Source: Spirochaetia bacterium
GTDB taxonomy: Bacteria; Spirochaetota; Spirochaetia; SZUA-6; Bin103
Direction: 5' to 3'
DNA length: 64,000 bases
Assembly (NCBI GenBank): GCA_965208575.1
Contig: CBDBOV010000006.1
Location: forward strand, 320,001-384,000
Positions 13,389-22,181 of this stretch are shown piece by piece. A program made the position numbers and the translations under genes. Below the pieces are notes generated by a model. It did no database searches. It worked only from the letters and a program-made list of their open reading frames with translations, and was not told where the DNA came from. How positions within the stretch are numbered: position 1 is the stretch's first letter; each line of letters starts with the position of its first letter.

Positions 13389-14849
13389 ATGGGTAAGCCA
13401 ACCGGATTCAAGGAAATCGAACGCAGCCTGCCGCCCGACCGGGATCCGGCCGCGCGCGTCCGTGACTGGGGCGACTTCCACGGCCACGCCGGCGACGAAC
13501 ACCTGCGGGCGCAGGCCTCGCGGTGCATGGATTGCGGCACCCCGTTCTGCCACACCGGCGACGGCCGCGCCGACACCCGCCAGACGGTCGGCTGCCCGCT
13601 CAACAACCTGATCCCGGAGTGGAACGACCTGGTGTACCGCGGTCTGTGGCGCGACGCGCTCGACCGGCTGCACAAGACCAACAACTTCCCCGAGTTCACC
13701 GGCAAGGTATGTCCGGCGCCGTGCGAGTCGGCGTGCGTCCTGGCCATCATCGAGCCGGCCGTGACCATCAAGAACACCGAGTGGGCGATCATCGAGCGCG
13801 GCTTCGACTCCGGCTGGGTGGAGGCGGCGCCGCCGGCCGTGCGCACCGGCAAACGGGTGGCGGTGGTCGGCTCCGGCCCCGCGGGGCTGGCGTGCGCCGA
13901 TCAGCTCAACGGCGCCGGCCACCTGGTCACCGTGTACGAACGCGCCGACCGCATCGGCGGACTGCTGATGTACGGCATCCCCAACATGAAGCTGGAAAAG
14001 CCCCTGGTGGACCGGCGCGTCGACCTGATGCGGCGCGCCGGCGTCGAGTTTCATACCGGTGTCGAGGTCGGTCGCGATCTGCCCGGGCCCGACCTGCGCG
14101 AGCAGTTCGACGCGGTCGTGCTGTGCTGCGGTGCCACCAAGCCGCGCGACCTGCCGATACCGGGGCGCGAGCTGGACGGCATCCACCAGGCGATGGAGTA
14201 TCTCACCGCCAACACGCGCTGGCTGCTCGACGGCGCCTCCGGGCGGGCGCCGATCGACGCCGCCGGCAAGGATGTCCTGGTGATCGGCGGCGGCGACACC
14301 GGTACCGACTGCGTCGGCACCGCCATGCGCCAGGGCTGCCGCTCCCTGACCCAGATCGAAATCGTCCCCGAGTTCCCGGCCAGTCTGCCGTGGCCCGAGT
14401 TCGGGCGCACCTCGCTGCCCGACTACGGCCAGGAAGAAGTAGCCGCCGTGCATGGCAGCGACCCGCGCGGATACAGCGTGACCGCGGAGCGCTTTTCCTC
14501 CGATGCCGGCAACCGCGTGACGCACACCCGCCTGGTCGACGTCGACTGGAGCCGCGGACGCCCGCAGCCGGTGAGCGGCAGCGGACGCGACGTTGCCACG
14601 CAACTCGTGCTTCTGTCGATGGGTTTCCTGGGCCCGGAGGACCGCCTGATCGACCAGCTCCGCGTGGAGCGCGACGAGCGCAGCAACGCCAAGGCCGAAT
14701 ATGGCAAGTTCACCACCAGCCTGCCCGGCGTGTTCGCCGCCGGCGACGTCCGGCGCGGCGCCAGCCTGGTGGTGTGGGCGATCATGGAGGGGCGCGGCGC
14801 GGCACGCGAGTGCGACCGCTACCTGATGGGCTCTACCCTGCTGCCGTAG
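13389..14849 (+). CDS. gltD: Glutamate synthase small subunit
   Basis: MGKPTGF start, '[10 protein letters not shown]', 'GSGPAG', '[10 protein letters not shown]' and '[10 protein letters not shown]'. Confidence 0.97.
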   Translation: MGKPTGFKEIERSLPPDRDPAARVRDWGDFHGHAGDEHLRAQASRCMDCGTPFCHTGDGRADTRQTVGCPLNNLIPEWNDLVYRGLWRDALDRLHKTNNFPEFTGKVCPAPCESACVLAIIEPAVTIKNTEWAIIERGFDSGWVEAAPPAVRTGKRVAVVGSGPAGLACADQLNGAGHLVTVYERADRIGGLLMYGIPNMKLEKPLVDRRVDLMRRAGVEFHTGVEVGRDLPGPDLREQFDAVVLCCGATKPRDLPIPGRELDGIHQAMEYLTANTRWLLDGASGRAPIDAAGKDVLVIGGGDTGTDCVGTAMRQGCRSLTQIEIVPEFPASLPWPEFGRTSLPDYGQEEVAAVHGSDPRGYSVTAERFSSDAGNRVTHTRLVDVDWSRGRPQPVSGSGRDVATQLVLLSMGFLGPEDRLIDQLRVERDERSNAKAEYGKFTTSLPGVFAAGDVRRGASLVVWAIMEGRGAARECDRYLMGSTLLP

Positions 14850-14858
14850 CGCGCCCGC

Positions 14859-16688
14859 TCAGCCGCCGCCGGCGCCGTTGATGCGGCGCAGCGGCAGGCG
14901 CAGCGAGAAGGTGGTCCCGGAACCGTCGCTGTTGTTGGCCGCGGCGATGGTGCCGCCGTTCCCTACCAGCACGGCACGCGCAATCGCCAGCCCGAGACCG
15001 CTGCCCTTGGAAACCGCGCCATCGCCCATCGGCTTGCCACGGTAGAAACGATCAAAGATGTGCGGCAGGTCCTCGGCAGCGATACCCGGTCCGCGATCGC
15101 GGATGTGGATAATCGCCCAGCCGTGATCGTCTGCCCCGCTGATCACTATCTCGCCCCCTGCACCGCCGTAGAACAGGGCATTCTGCATCACGTTGTCCAC
15201 CGCGATCTCCATGCCGGCCAGGTGCAGCTCCAGGTCCGCGTCGGCGGCGTTCATCTCGACCGACACCGCCACCCCGGCGCGCGCCGCCTGGCTCGCGAAG
15301 CGCCGCTCGGCGCCGCGCACCAGGTCGCCGAGCGTAATCCTCATGGCGTGGTTGCTGAACGCGCCCGCCTCCAGCCGCGACAGGTTGAGCAGATTCTCCA
15401 CGATCCACTCCATGCGCTCGATCTGGTGGCGGCTGTCGCGCAGAAACTCGAGGCGCATCTCGACGTCGACGCCGCGCCCGCTGCGGCCGCGTCCCGTCCG
15501 GTGTCCGTCCACAACGCCGCCGGCCAGCGCCTGCGCCGCCGCCGGGCTGTGCTCGACGCTCCGCCGGCCACCGGCAGCCGACGCGGGCTCACCGCCGCCG
15601 GCGCCGGCCGCGGCGGCTGCCTGTCCGTTGGCTTCCGCCTCCTGCCGCGCACCGCGCAGCAGCAGCTCGTTGAAGGTCTTCAGCGCCGTCACCGGCGTGC
15701 GCAGTTCGTGTGACGCGTCGGCCACGAACCGGCGCAACACGTCGCGCTCCTGGCGCAGGTCGCCCACCGTCGATTCCAGCTTGCCCGCCATGGCATTGAA
15801 CTGGCGGCCCAGCTCGCCGATCTCGCCGCTCCCGGTGGTGGGCGCGCGCGCCGCCAGGTCGCCCCTCCCCATGCGCATCGCGGACGCGGTGAGACCCTCG
15901 ATCGGGGCGGTCAAGCGGCGCCCGAACACCAGCCCGAGCAGGGCGGCGAGCACGGTGGCGGCCAGGGCGGCGATGATGAACGGCCCGATAATCGTTTCCA
16001 GCGCCTCGTTGTGGGCGTCCGGGCTGCGGGCAATCTCCACGTAGCCAATCGGACTGCCGGGATCGCCGATCGGCTCGAGGTGGGTGATGCGCATCGGGTC
16101 GTCGGGCGCGGCGCTGCCGGCCGTGGCAACCGGATGCGCCACCGGCCCGTCGTACTCCCGGAACTCGATCAGGCTGCCCCACAACCCGCTGCGCCGCCGC
16201 ACCACCATGATCTGGGTTTCGGCGAGTCCCTGCAGCGCCGGCAGCGAGCGCAGTTGGCTGGCGCGCCGTGCCGGGTCGGCCGACACCCGGATCCAGAACA
16301 TCTGGCGCACCATCGAGTTGCCGGAGGGGAACGTCGCCACGACGCGCACCCACTCGTGATCGGATCCGTCCTGCGGCCCGGAGTCGGCGAGCACGCGGTG
16401 CGCGCGGTCCAGGATCCGGATCCGCGAGTCGCTCATGAACGCCGATGTCTGCGCCAGCTCCAGCAGGGACAGCGGGCGTACCACCGGCACCATCAGGGAA
16501 TGCGCCTGCCTGGCCACGGTGGAGGCGTTGGATTGCAAGTAGGCGGTCTCGCGCCGTTCCACGAAGTGGGTCAGCAGGGCGCCCGAGAACCCGCCTACGA
16601 TGCCGATCGCCACCATGGCGATGAGGATGAAGCTCAGCACCAGGCGCGCGCGAATCGACAGGAATGGCAAGCCGCCGGCGGCAGCCAT
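14859..16688 (-). CDS. HAMP-domain sensor histidine kinase
   Basis: Two TM segments and a HAMP domain. H-box 'ADASHELRTP', N box, G1 'DRGPGI', F box 'IFDRFYR' and G2 'GSGLGL'. Confidence 0.93.
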   Translation of the reverse strand: MAAAGGLPFLSIRARLVLSFILIAMVAIGIVGGFSGALLTHFVERRETAYLQSNASTVARQAHSLMVPVVRPLSLLELAQTSAFMSDSRIRILDRAHRVLADSGPQDGSDHEWVRVVATFPSGNSMVRQMFWIRVSADPARRASQLRSLPALQGLAETQIMVVRRRSGLWGSLIEFREYDGPVAHPVATAGSAAPDDPMRITHLEPIGDPGSPIGYVEIARSPDAHNEALETIIGPFIIAALAATVLAALLGLVFGRRLTAPIEGLTASAMRMGRGDLAARAPTTGSGEIGELGRQFNAMAGKLESTVGDLRQERDVLRRFVADASHELRTPVTALKTFNELLLRGARQEAEANGQAAAAAGAGGGEPASAAGGRRSVEHSPAAAQALAGGVVDGHRTGRGRSGRGVDVEMRLEFLRDSRHQIERMEWIVENLLNLSRLEAGAFSNHAMRITLGDLVRGAERRFASQAARAGVAVSVEMNAADADLELHLAGMEIAVDNVMQNALFYGGAGGEIVISGADDHGWAIIHIRDRGPGIAAEDLPHIFDRFYRGKPMGDGAVSKGSGLGLAIARAVLVGNGGTIAAANNSDGSGTTFSLRLPLRRINGAGGG

Positions 16689-16782
16689 CAGGTTCCCTTC
16701 ACCATAGGCTGCAAAACAAGATACCGGGCCGGACGCGGCGCCGGCCAGAGTGCGCCGTCACGAATCGGTCGCGCGCCGGCCG

Positions 16783-17493
16783 TTACTGCGGCGGCCGGCT
16801 GGAGAACTTGTAGCCGTGCCCGCGCACGGTTACGAGCCGCCGCGGGTGGGTCGGGTCGCGCTCCAGCTTCTCGCGCAGGTGGCGCATGTGGACGTCGACG
16901 GTACGATCGTAGCCCACCTCGGCGTGGTAGCCCCACACCGCTTCCAGGATCTGGTCGCGGGTCACCGGGCGATCGGGGTGGGAAATCAGGTAGCGCAACA
17001 GCCGAAACTCGGTCGGTGTCAGGTAGACGATCTCGCCGGCGCGGAACACCTGCAGCAGCTCCAGGTCGATGGTGATGTCGTCGTACACGATCTTCTCGTT
17101 GCTGCTGCGCTGCGCCAGCTCGCCGTAGGCGCGGCGCAGCAAGGCGCGGATGCGCGACAGGAGTTCGCGCAACTGGTACGGCTTCACCACGTAGTCGTCC
17201 GCGCCCAACTCGAAGCCGAGCACCTTGTCCACCTCTTCGTCGCGCGCCGTCAGCATCAGAATCGGTTGCCGGAATCCCTCCTGGCGAAGCTTGCGGCACA
17301 GGTCGAACCCGCTGGTATCGGGCAGCCGGATGTCGAGAATGATCAGATGCGGAGCCTGCCTGGCGACCAGTTGGTATCCGGCGGCGCCGTCCTCTCCCCA
17401 CAGCACGCCGTAACCTTCCTGCTCCAGGGCGAAGCTGAGCCCCTTGGCAACCGCGGAGTCATCTTCGATCAGGACGATTCGTTCCTCGCTCAT
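16783..17493 (-). CDS. OmpR-family response regulator
   Basis: Receiver motifs 'IEDD', 'LDIRLP' and 'GADDYVVKP'. Winged-helix motifs 'LTPTEF' and 'TVRGHGYKF'. Confidence 0.95.
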   Translation of the reverse strand: MSEERIVLIEDDSAVAKGLSFALEQEGYGVLWGEDGAAGYQLVARQAPHLIILDIRLPDTSGFDLCRKLRQEGFRQPILMLTARDEEVDKVLGFELGADDYVVKPYQLRELLSRIRALLRRAYGELAQRSSNEKIVYDDITIDLELLQVFRAGEIVYLTPTEFRLLRYLISHPDRPVTRDQILEAVWGYHAEVGYDRTVDVHMRHLREKLERDPTHPRRLVTVRGHGYKFSSRPPQ

Positions 17494-18857
17494 ACCGGTC
17501 CCCCGCGCAAGCCCAGCGCCGCCGCGTTGCCGACACGCAGCGCCGCGGCCAGGTGGCGCGGCACCACGGCACGTACCCGGTAGCCTTCCGCACCCGCCTC
17601 CTGGCGCTCGATGTGCCCGGCCGCCCGCACCACGCCGAGCAGCGCCGACTTGCTGTACGGCACGTCGAACGCGACCCGTACGTGGCCCTCCGCCAGGCGC
17701 CGCCGCAGCGTCGCGCACAACTGCTCGACCCCCTCCCCGGTCACCGCGCTCACCGCAACCGCTCCCTCCAGGCCAAGCCGCAACGGCGAACCCGGTTCGA
17801 CCAGGTCGATCTTGTTCAGGATCGGCATCCTGGGGATGTCACCGGCGCCGATCTGCGCCAGCACGTCCGTCACCGCCTCCTGCTGCTGCAGGTGGCTCGG
17901 ATCGCTCGCATCCGCCACCATCAGCAACAGGTCGGCCTCGGTCACCTCCTCCAGCGTGGCGCGGAACGCGGCCACCAACTGGTGCGGCAGCTTCTGGATG
18001 AAACCGACCGTGTCGGTCAGCAGCGCCTGCCGCCCGGAGCCCAGGTCGATGCGCCGCGTGGTGGGGTCAAGGGTGGCGAACAGCCGGTCCGCGGCGTACA
18101 CGTCGGCCCCGGTGAGCCGGTTCATCAGGCTGCTCTTGCCCGCGTTCGTGTAGCCGACCAGCGCCACCATGGTGCCGGCGGCGCGGTGGCGCTGCACCCG
18201 GCCGTGGCGCCGCTGCCGCGACAGCTGATCGATGCGCGCGCGCAGTGCGCCGAGCCGGCGGCGGATCTGGCGCCGGTCCACCTCGATCTGCGTCTCGCCC
18301 GGGCCGCGCAGGCCGACGCCGCCGCCCGCCCGCCCGCCCGCCTGCCTGGCCAGGTGCGTCCACAACCGGGTCAGGCGCGGCAACCGGTACTCCAACTGCG
18401 CCAGCTCGACCTGCAGCTTGCCTTCACGGCTGCGGGCGTGGCGGGCGAACACGTCCAGGATCAGCGCCGTGCGGTCGATCGCCAACAGGTCGTCGCCGAG
18501 GATCCGCTCCACGTTGCGGAGCTGTGACGGCGACAGTTCGTCATCGAACAGCACCACGTCGGCGCCGGCCGCGCGCGCCGCGCCCGCGACGGCCGCGATC
18601 TTTCCGGCGCCGATGTAGGTGCGCGGATCGGGCTGCCGGCGGCGCTGCCAGGCGCGCCCGGCCACGTGCAATCCGGCACTGTCCGCCAGCCGCGCCAGTT
18701 CGTCGAGACACTGCTGCACGTCCCACTCCGGCGCCCGCGCCACCAGGCTGGCCGGGGCGGTGCCGCCGCTGCGCTCGTCCGCCGGGGCGCCGCCCGCGCT
18801 CACCTGCAGGCCGACCAGGTACGCGCGCTGGCGCCGTACTCCGCGCGCCCCGCTCAT
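17490..18857 (-). CDS. hflX: GTPase HflX
   Basis: Motifs 'RGPGETQIEVDRR', 'GYTNAGKSS', 'LFATLDPTTR', 'DTVGFI' and 'NKID'. Confidence 0.96.
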   Translation of the reverse strand: MSGARGVRRQRAYLVGLQVSAGGAPADERSGGTAPASLVARAPEWDVQQCLDELARLADSAGLHVAGRAWQRRRQPDPRTYIGAGKIAAVAGAARAAGADVVLFDDELSPSQLRNVERILGDDLLAIDRTALILDVFARHARSREGKLQVELAQLEYRLPRLTRLWTHLARQAGGRAGGGVGLRGPGETQIEVDRRQIRRRLGALRARIDQLSRQRRHGRVQRHRAAGTMVALVGYTNAGKSSLMNRLTGADVYAADRLFATLDPTTRRIDLGSGRQALLTDTVGFIQKLPHQLVAAFRATLEEVTEADLLLMVADASDPSHLQQQEAVTDVLAQIGAGDIPRMPILNKIDLVEPGSPLRLGLEGAVAVSAVTGEGVEQLCATLRRRLAEGHVRVAFDVPYSKSALLGVVRAAGHIERQEAGAEGYRVRAVVPRHLAAALRVGNAAALGLRGGPV

Positions 18858-20353
18858 GCGCCGGCGCCCTCCGGGCGCAGCCACGCGCTGCCGCATACCT
18901 GCACGCGGCGCCCCACCAGGCGCGCCAGCGCCGCACCGGTGCGCGCCGCGTCCGCATCGACCCGGCGCCGCTGTGCCGCGCTCCGGCGCCGGCATGCGGC
19001 CAGGTCGAGATTACCGGCGGTACCGGTGGCAGTGCGCCTCGCCAACGCCATCTCCGCCTCGACACTCAGATCATCTCGTTCAGCCGCACCGCCCTTCATA
19101 CCGGTGGCGGTGCGCCTCGCCAACGCGGCCTGGGCGTCGCCGGGCAGATCGCCACCGTCACCCGCGGCCGCACCGGCGGCGGCCCGGTAGGCGTCGCGAA
19201 ACGCCATGCCGCCGCGCACCAGCGCGAATGCGTGGTCGGTCGCGAACAACTCCGGCGTCAGCGCGCGTGCCAGGGCGTCCTCGTCCACCTGCAGCCGGTC
19301 CACGGTCAGGCGCATCACGCTGAGCTGGCCAGCCACCATCTCCAGCGCGTGCAGGTAGGGGCGCTTGGTTTCCTGCAGGTCGCGGTGGTAGCCGCTCGGC
19401 AGGTTGCGGACGATGCCCTTCACGGCGCCGGCGAACCCCGCCACGGTAGCCGACCGCGCCCGCACCAGCTCCAGGCCGTCCGGGTTGTGCTTGTGCGGCA
19501 TGATGCTGCTGCCGGTACACAGCTCCACCGGCAACGTCACGTAGCCCAGCTCCGGCAGGGAGAACAGGATCAGGTCCTGGGCCAGGCGGCTCAGTGTCAT
19601 CGCCACCTGGTCGAGGGCGTCCAGAGTGGCCGACTCCAGCTTGCCGCGGCTGTTGGCCGCCGCCAGCACGTTGTGCACCGGGCCGTCGCAGCCAAGCAGG
19701 TCCGCCACCTGATCGCGGTCGAGCGGCAGCGGCGCGCCGTAGCCGGCCGCCGACCCGAGCGGCGACCGGTTGGTCAGCCGGTAGCAGATCTCCAACAGGG
19801 CCAGGTCGTCGAGCAGCTCCTCGGCGAACGCCGCCGCCCACAACCCCAGGGTCGACGGCATCGCAACCTGCGTGTGGGTGCGCCCCGGCATACTGCGCCG
19901 CTCATGATCGGCGGCGAACGCCAGCAGCGAATCGGCCAGGTCGAGCACCAGGCCCTGCAGCGCCGCCAGCGCGTCGCGCCCGTACAGGCGCAGGGCGGCC
20001 ATCACCTGGTCGTTGCGCGACCGGCCGGTGTGGATGCGCGCGCCGGCCGCGGTGTGCCGGGTCAGGAAGCGCTCCAGGGCGGTGTGGCCATCCTCGTCGG
20101 CGCGCTCAATGACGAACGCGCCCTGCTCCGCCTGTTCCAGCGCCGCCAGCAGGCCGCCGCGCAACTCCTCCAGGTCACCGGGCCCGATCACGTCGATGGC
20201 CGCCAGCATGGTCGCGTGCGCCAGCGAGGCGACGCAATCCGCCGCCACCAGGGCGCCGTCGAGCAGGTAGTCGTCGCCGACCGTGAACCGCTCGATCAGC
20301 GCATCCAGCGGTTCGCTCTTGTCCCAGAGCTTGCCGCCGGACGAGCTAGTCAT
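18854..20353 (-). CDS. argH: Argininosuccinate lyase
   Basis: Motifs 'KLWDK', 'IHTGRSRNDQV', 'PGRTHTQ', 'TGSSIMPHKHNPD' and 'GYHRDLQETK'. Confidence 0.94.
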   Translation of the reverse strand: MTSSSGGKLWDKSEPLDALIERFTVGDDYLLDGALVAADCVASLAHATMLAAIDVIGPGDLEELRGGLLAALEQAEQGAFVIERADEDGHTALERFLTRHTAAGARIHTGRSRNDQVMAALRLYGRDALAALQGLVLDLADSLLAFAADHERRSMPGRTHTQVAMPSTLGLWAAAFAEELLDDLALLEICYRLTNRSPLGSAAGYGAPLPLDRDQVADLLGCDGPVHNVLAAANSRGKLESATLDALDQVAMTLSRLAQDLILFSLPELGYVTLPVELCTGSSIMPHKHNPDGLELVRARSATVAGFAGAVKGIVRNLPSGYHRDLQETKRPYLHALEMVAGQLSVMRLTVDRLQVDEDALARALTPELFATDHAFALVRGGMAFRDAYRAAAGAAAGDGGDLPGDAQAALARRTATGMKGGAAERDDLSVEAEMALARRTATGTAGNLDLAACRRRSAAQRRRVDADAARTGAALARLVGRRVQVCGSAWLRPEGAGA

Positions 20354-20358
20354 GCACG

Positions 20359-21936
20359 CTAGCCATGCACCGCGGCCAGCGCTCCCGCGGCCACCAGGTT
20401 GAGCATTTTCTCGGTGGCCTGCGCCGCGGCCAGCACCTGGTCGCTGTGCACGCCCTTGGTGTTGAACACCTCGCCCGGGCGGTCGGGATAGTTCCAGGTG
20501 ATGGAACACTGAACCAGCGCATCCGACTTGCCGCCGGGCGGAATGGACACGTTGTAGTCGGCCAGCCGCGGCAGCCTCAGGTTCAGCTTGCGCGCGATGC
20601 TGCGCACGGCGTTCATGAACGCGTCGTAGCCGCCGTCGCCCTGGTCGCTCGCCTCGTATTCGTCGAACTCGCCCGTGCCGTTGCGGCGCGCCAGCTTGAT
20701 GGTGGCGACCGGCTTGAGGCCGATGCTCGACACGACGATGCAACGGCGCAGGATGAACTCGCGGTCGTGCGGCGTCTCCAGCACGTCGGAGATGATGAAC
20801 GGCAGGTCGTCCTGGGTGATGGTCTGCTTGCGGTCCGCCAACTCCTTGATGCGCTCCAGCACCAGCCGCGATTGCTCGTCGTCGAGCACGATGCCGAGGT
20901 CCGCCAGGTTGAACTCCAGGCTGCGCTTGCCGCTCAGCTTGCCGAGCGCGTAGCGGCGCCGGCGGGCGAACCGCTCCGGCGACAACCGGCTGGCGTACAG
21001 ATCCCCCTTGTGGTCGCCGTCGGCGTGGATGCCCGCGGTCTGCGTGAACACGTTGGGGCCGACGATCGGCTTGTTGAAGGACACCCGCCGCCCGGAGAAC
21101 ACCTCCACCCGCTCGCTGGCGGTGATCAGCTTGGTCTCGTCGATGTGCGTGCGGCGCCCGAGAAAATCGTGGATGCCGACCACCACCTCGTCGAGCGGCG
21201 TGTTGCCGGCGCGCTCGCCCATGCCGTTGATGGTGCAATGCACGCAGGAAGCGCCGGCCTCCACGGCGGCCAGGGTATTCGCGGTCGCCACGCCGTAGTC
21301 GTCGTGGCCGTGAAAGTCGAAGCGCAGCCCGGGGTAGCGGCTCACCAGGCTGCCGACGAAGCCCCTGACCTGCGGGGGCGACAGCAGGCCCAGCGTGTCG
21401 GGCAGCATGATGCGCCACAGCCCCATGCCGGCGAGTTCGTCGAGCATCGCCAGCACGTAGTCGGGCGAGTCGAGCATGCCCCCCGACCAGTCCTCCAGGT
21501 AGATGTTGCAGCGCACGCCGTGGTCGCCGGCATACTCCACCGTGGCGCCGATGTCGGCGAAGTGTTCGGATGGCTGCTTGCCGAGCTGGGTGGTGACGTG
21601 GCGCAACGAGCCCTTGGCCAGCAGGTTCATCACCGTACAGCCCAGATCCCGTATCCAGTCCACCGAGCGGTGCACGTCGGTGAAGCCAAGTACTTCGATG
21701 GAGTCGGTTCGGCCCTGCTCCTGCGCCCAGGCGATCACCTCGCGCACCGCGCCGCGTTCGCCTTCGCTGACCAGTGCACTGGTCAACTCGACGTGGTCCA
21801 CGCGCACGTCCTCGAGCAGCACCTTGGCGATGGCCAGCTTCTCGCCGGGCGTGTAGCTCACGTCCTGCATCTGCTCGCCGTCGCGCAGGGTGGTGTCCAG
21901 AACCTCGATGGCGGGCAGCAGACCGGCCTCGACCAT
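20359..21936 (-). CDS. cimA: Citramalate synthase (Leptospira/Bacteroides-type CimA, LeuA family); alternative TTG start at 21951
   Basis: Motifs 'DTTLRDGEQ', 'NLLAKGS..H', 'NIYLEDWS', 'FHGHDDY' and 'TQTAGIHADGD', plus a C-terminal allosteric domain. Confidence 0.82.
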   Translation of the reverse strand: MVEAGLLPAIEVLDTTLRDGEQMQDVSYTPGEKLAIAKVLLEDVRVDHVELTSALVSEGERGAVREVIAWAQEQGRTDSIEVLGFTDVHRSVDWIRDLGCTVMNLLAKGSLRHVTTQLGKQPSEHFADIGATVEYAGDHGVRCNIYLEDWSGGMLDSPDYVLAMLDELAGMGLWRIMLPDTLGLLSPPQVRGFVGSLVSRYPGLRFDFHGHDDYGVATANTLAAVEAGASCVHCTINGMGERAGNTPLDEVVVGIHDFLGRRTHIDETKLITASERVEVFSGRRVSFNKPIVGPNVFTQTAGIHADGDHKGDLYASRLSPERFARRRRYALGKLSGKRSLEFNLADLGIVLDDEQSRLVLERIKELADRKQTITQDDLPFIISDVLETPHDREFILRRCIVVSSIGLKPVATIKLARRNGTGEFDEYEASDQGDGGYDAFMNAVRSIARKLNLRLPRLADYNVSIPPGGKSDALVQCSITWNYPDRPGEVFNTKGVHSDQVLAAAQATEKMLNLVAAGALAAVHG

Positions 21937-21991
21937 GGCATCGGATCTCAACGGGCGGCCTCCGTGGCAACCGCCACAGCCCCATCAACCC

Positions 21992-22027
21992 AAACAAAAT
22001 GGGCCGTGGGCGTGCAACCCACGGCCC
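21992..22027 (-). terminator. Intrinsic terminator inside the cimA leader
   Basis: Minus strand reads GGGCCGTGGG-ttgcacg-CCCACGGCCC-ATTTTGTTT, a perfect 10-bp stem with a U-rich tail. Confidence 0.75.
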
Positions 22028-22137
22028 GCTGCCGGCGCAAAGCGCCGTGGCACGGAGGCCGCGGGCAGCGGAGCCCCGGAATGCAACGAATGGCGGCTGT
22101 GATCGGTCTGGTCCGTGCCATGTCGGTCGTTTGCGAA

Positions 22138-22166
22138 ACGATACCCTCGCCCAAGCGGTCGGTCAA
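22138..22166 (-). promoter_or_regulatory. Putative sigma70 promoter for cimA
   Basis: Minus strand TTGACC-17 nt-TATCGT. Confidence 0.65.
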
Positions 22167-22181
22167 CCGGCCGGTCGCCGC

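Noticed and set aside
18854-21997. Apparent 1047-aa fusion ORF ending in ArgH
   Set aside because: The N-terminal half is an off-frame read of cimA. ArgH starts at 20353.
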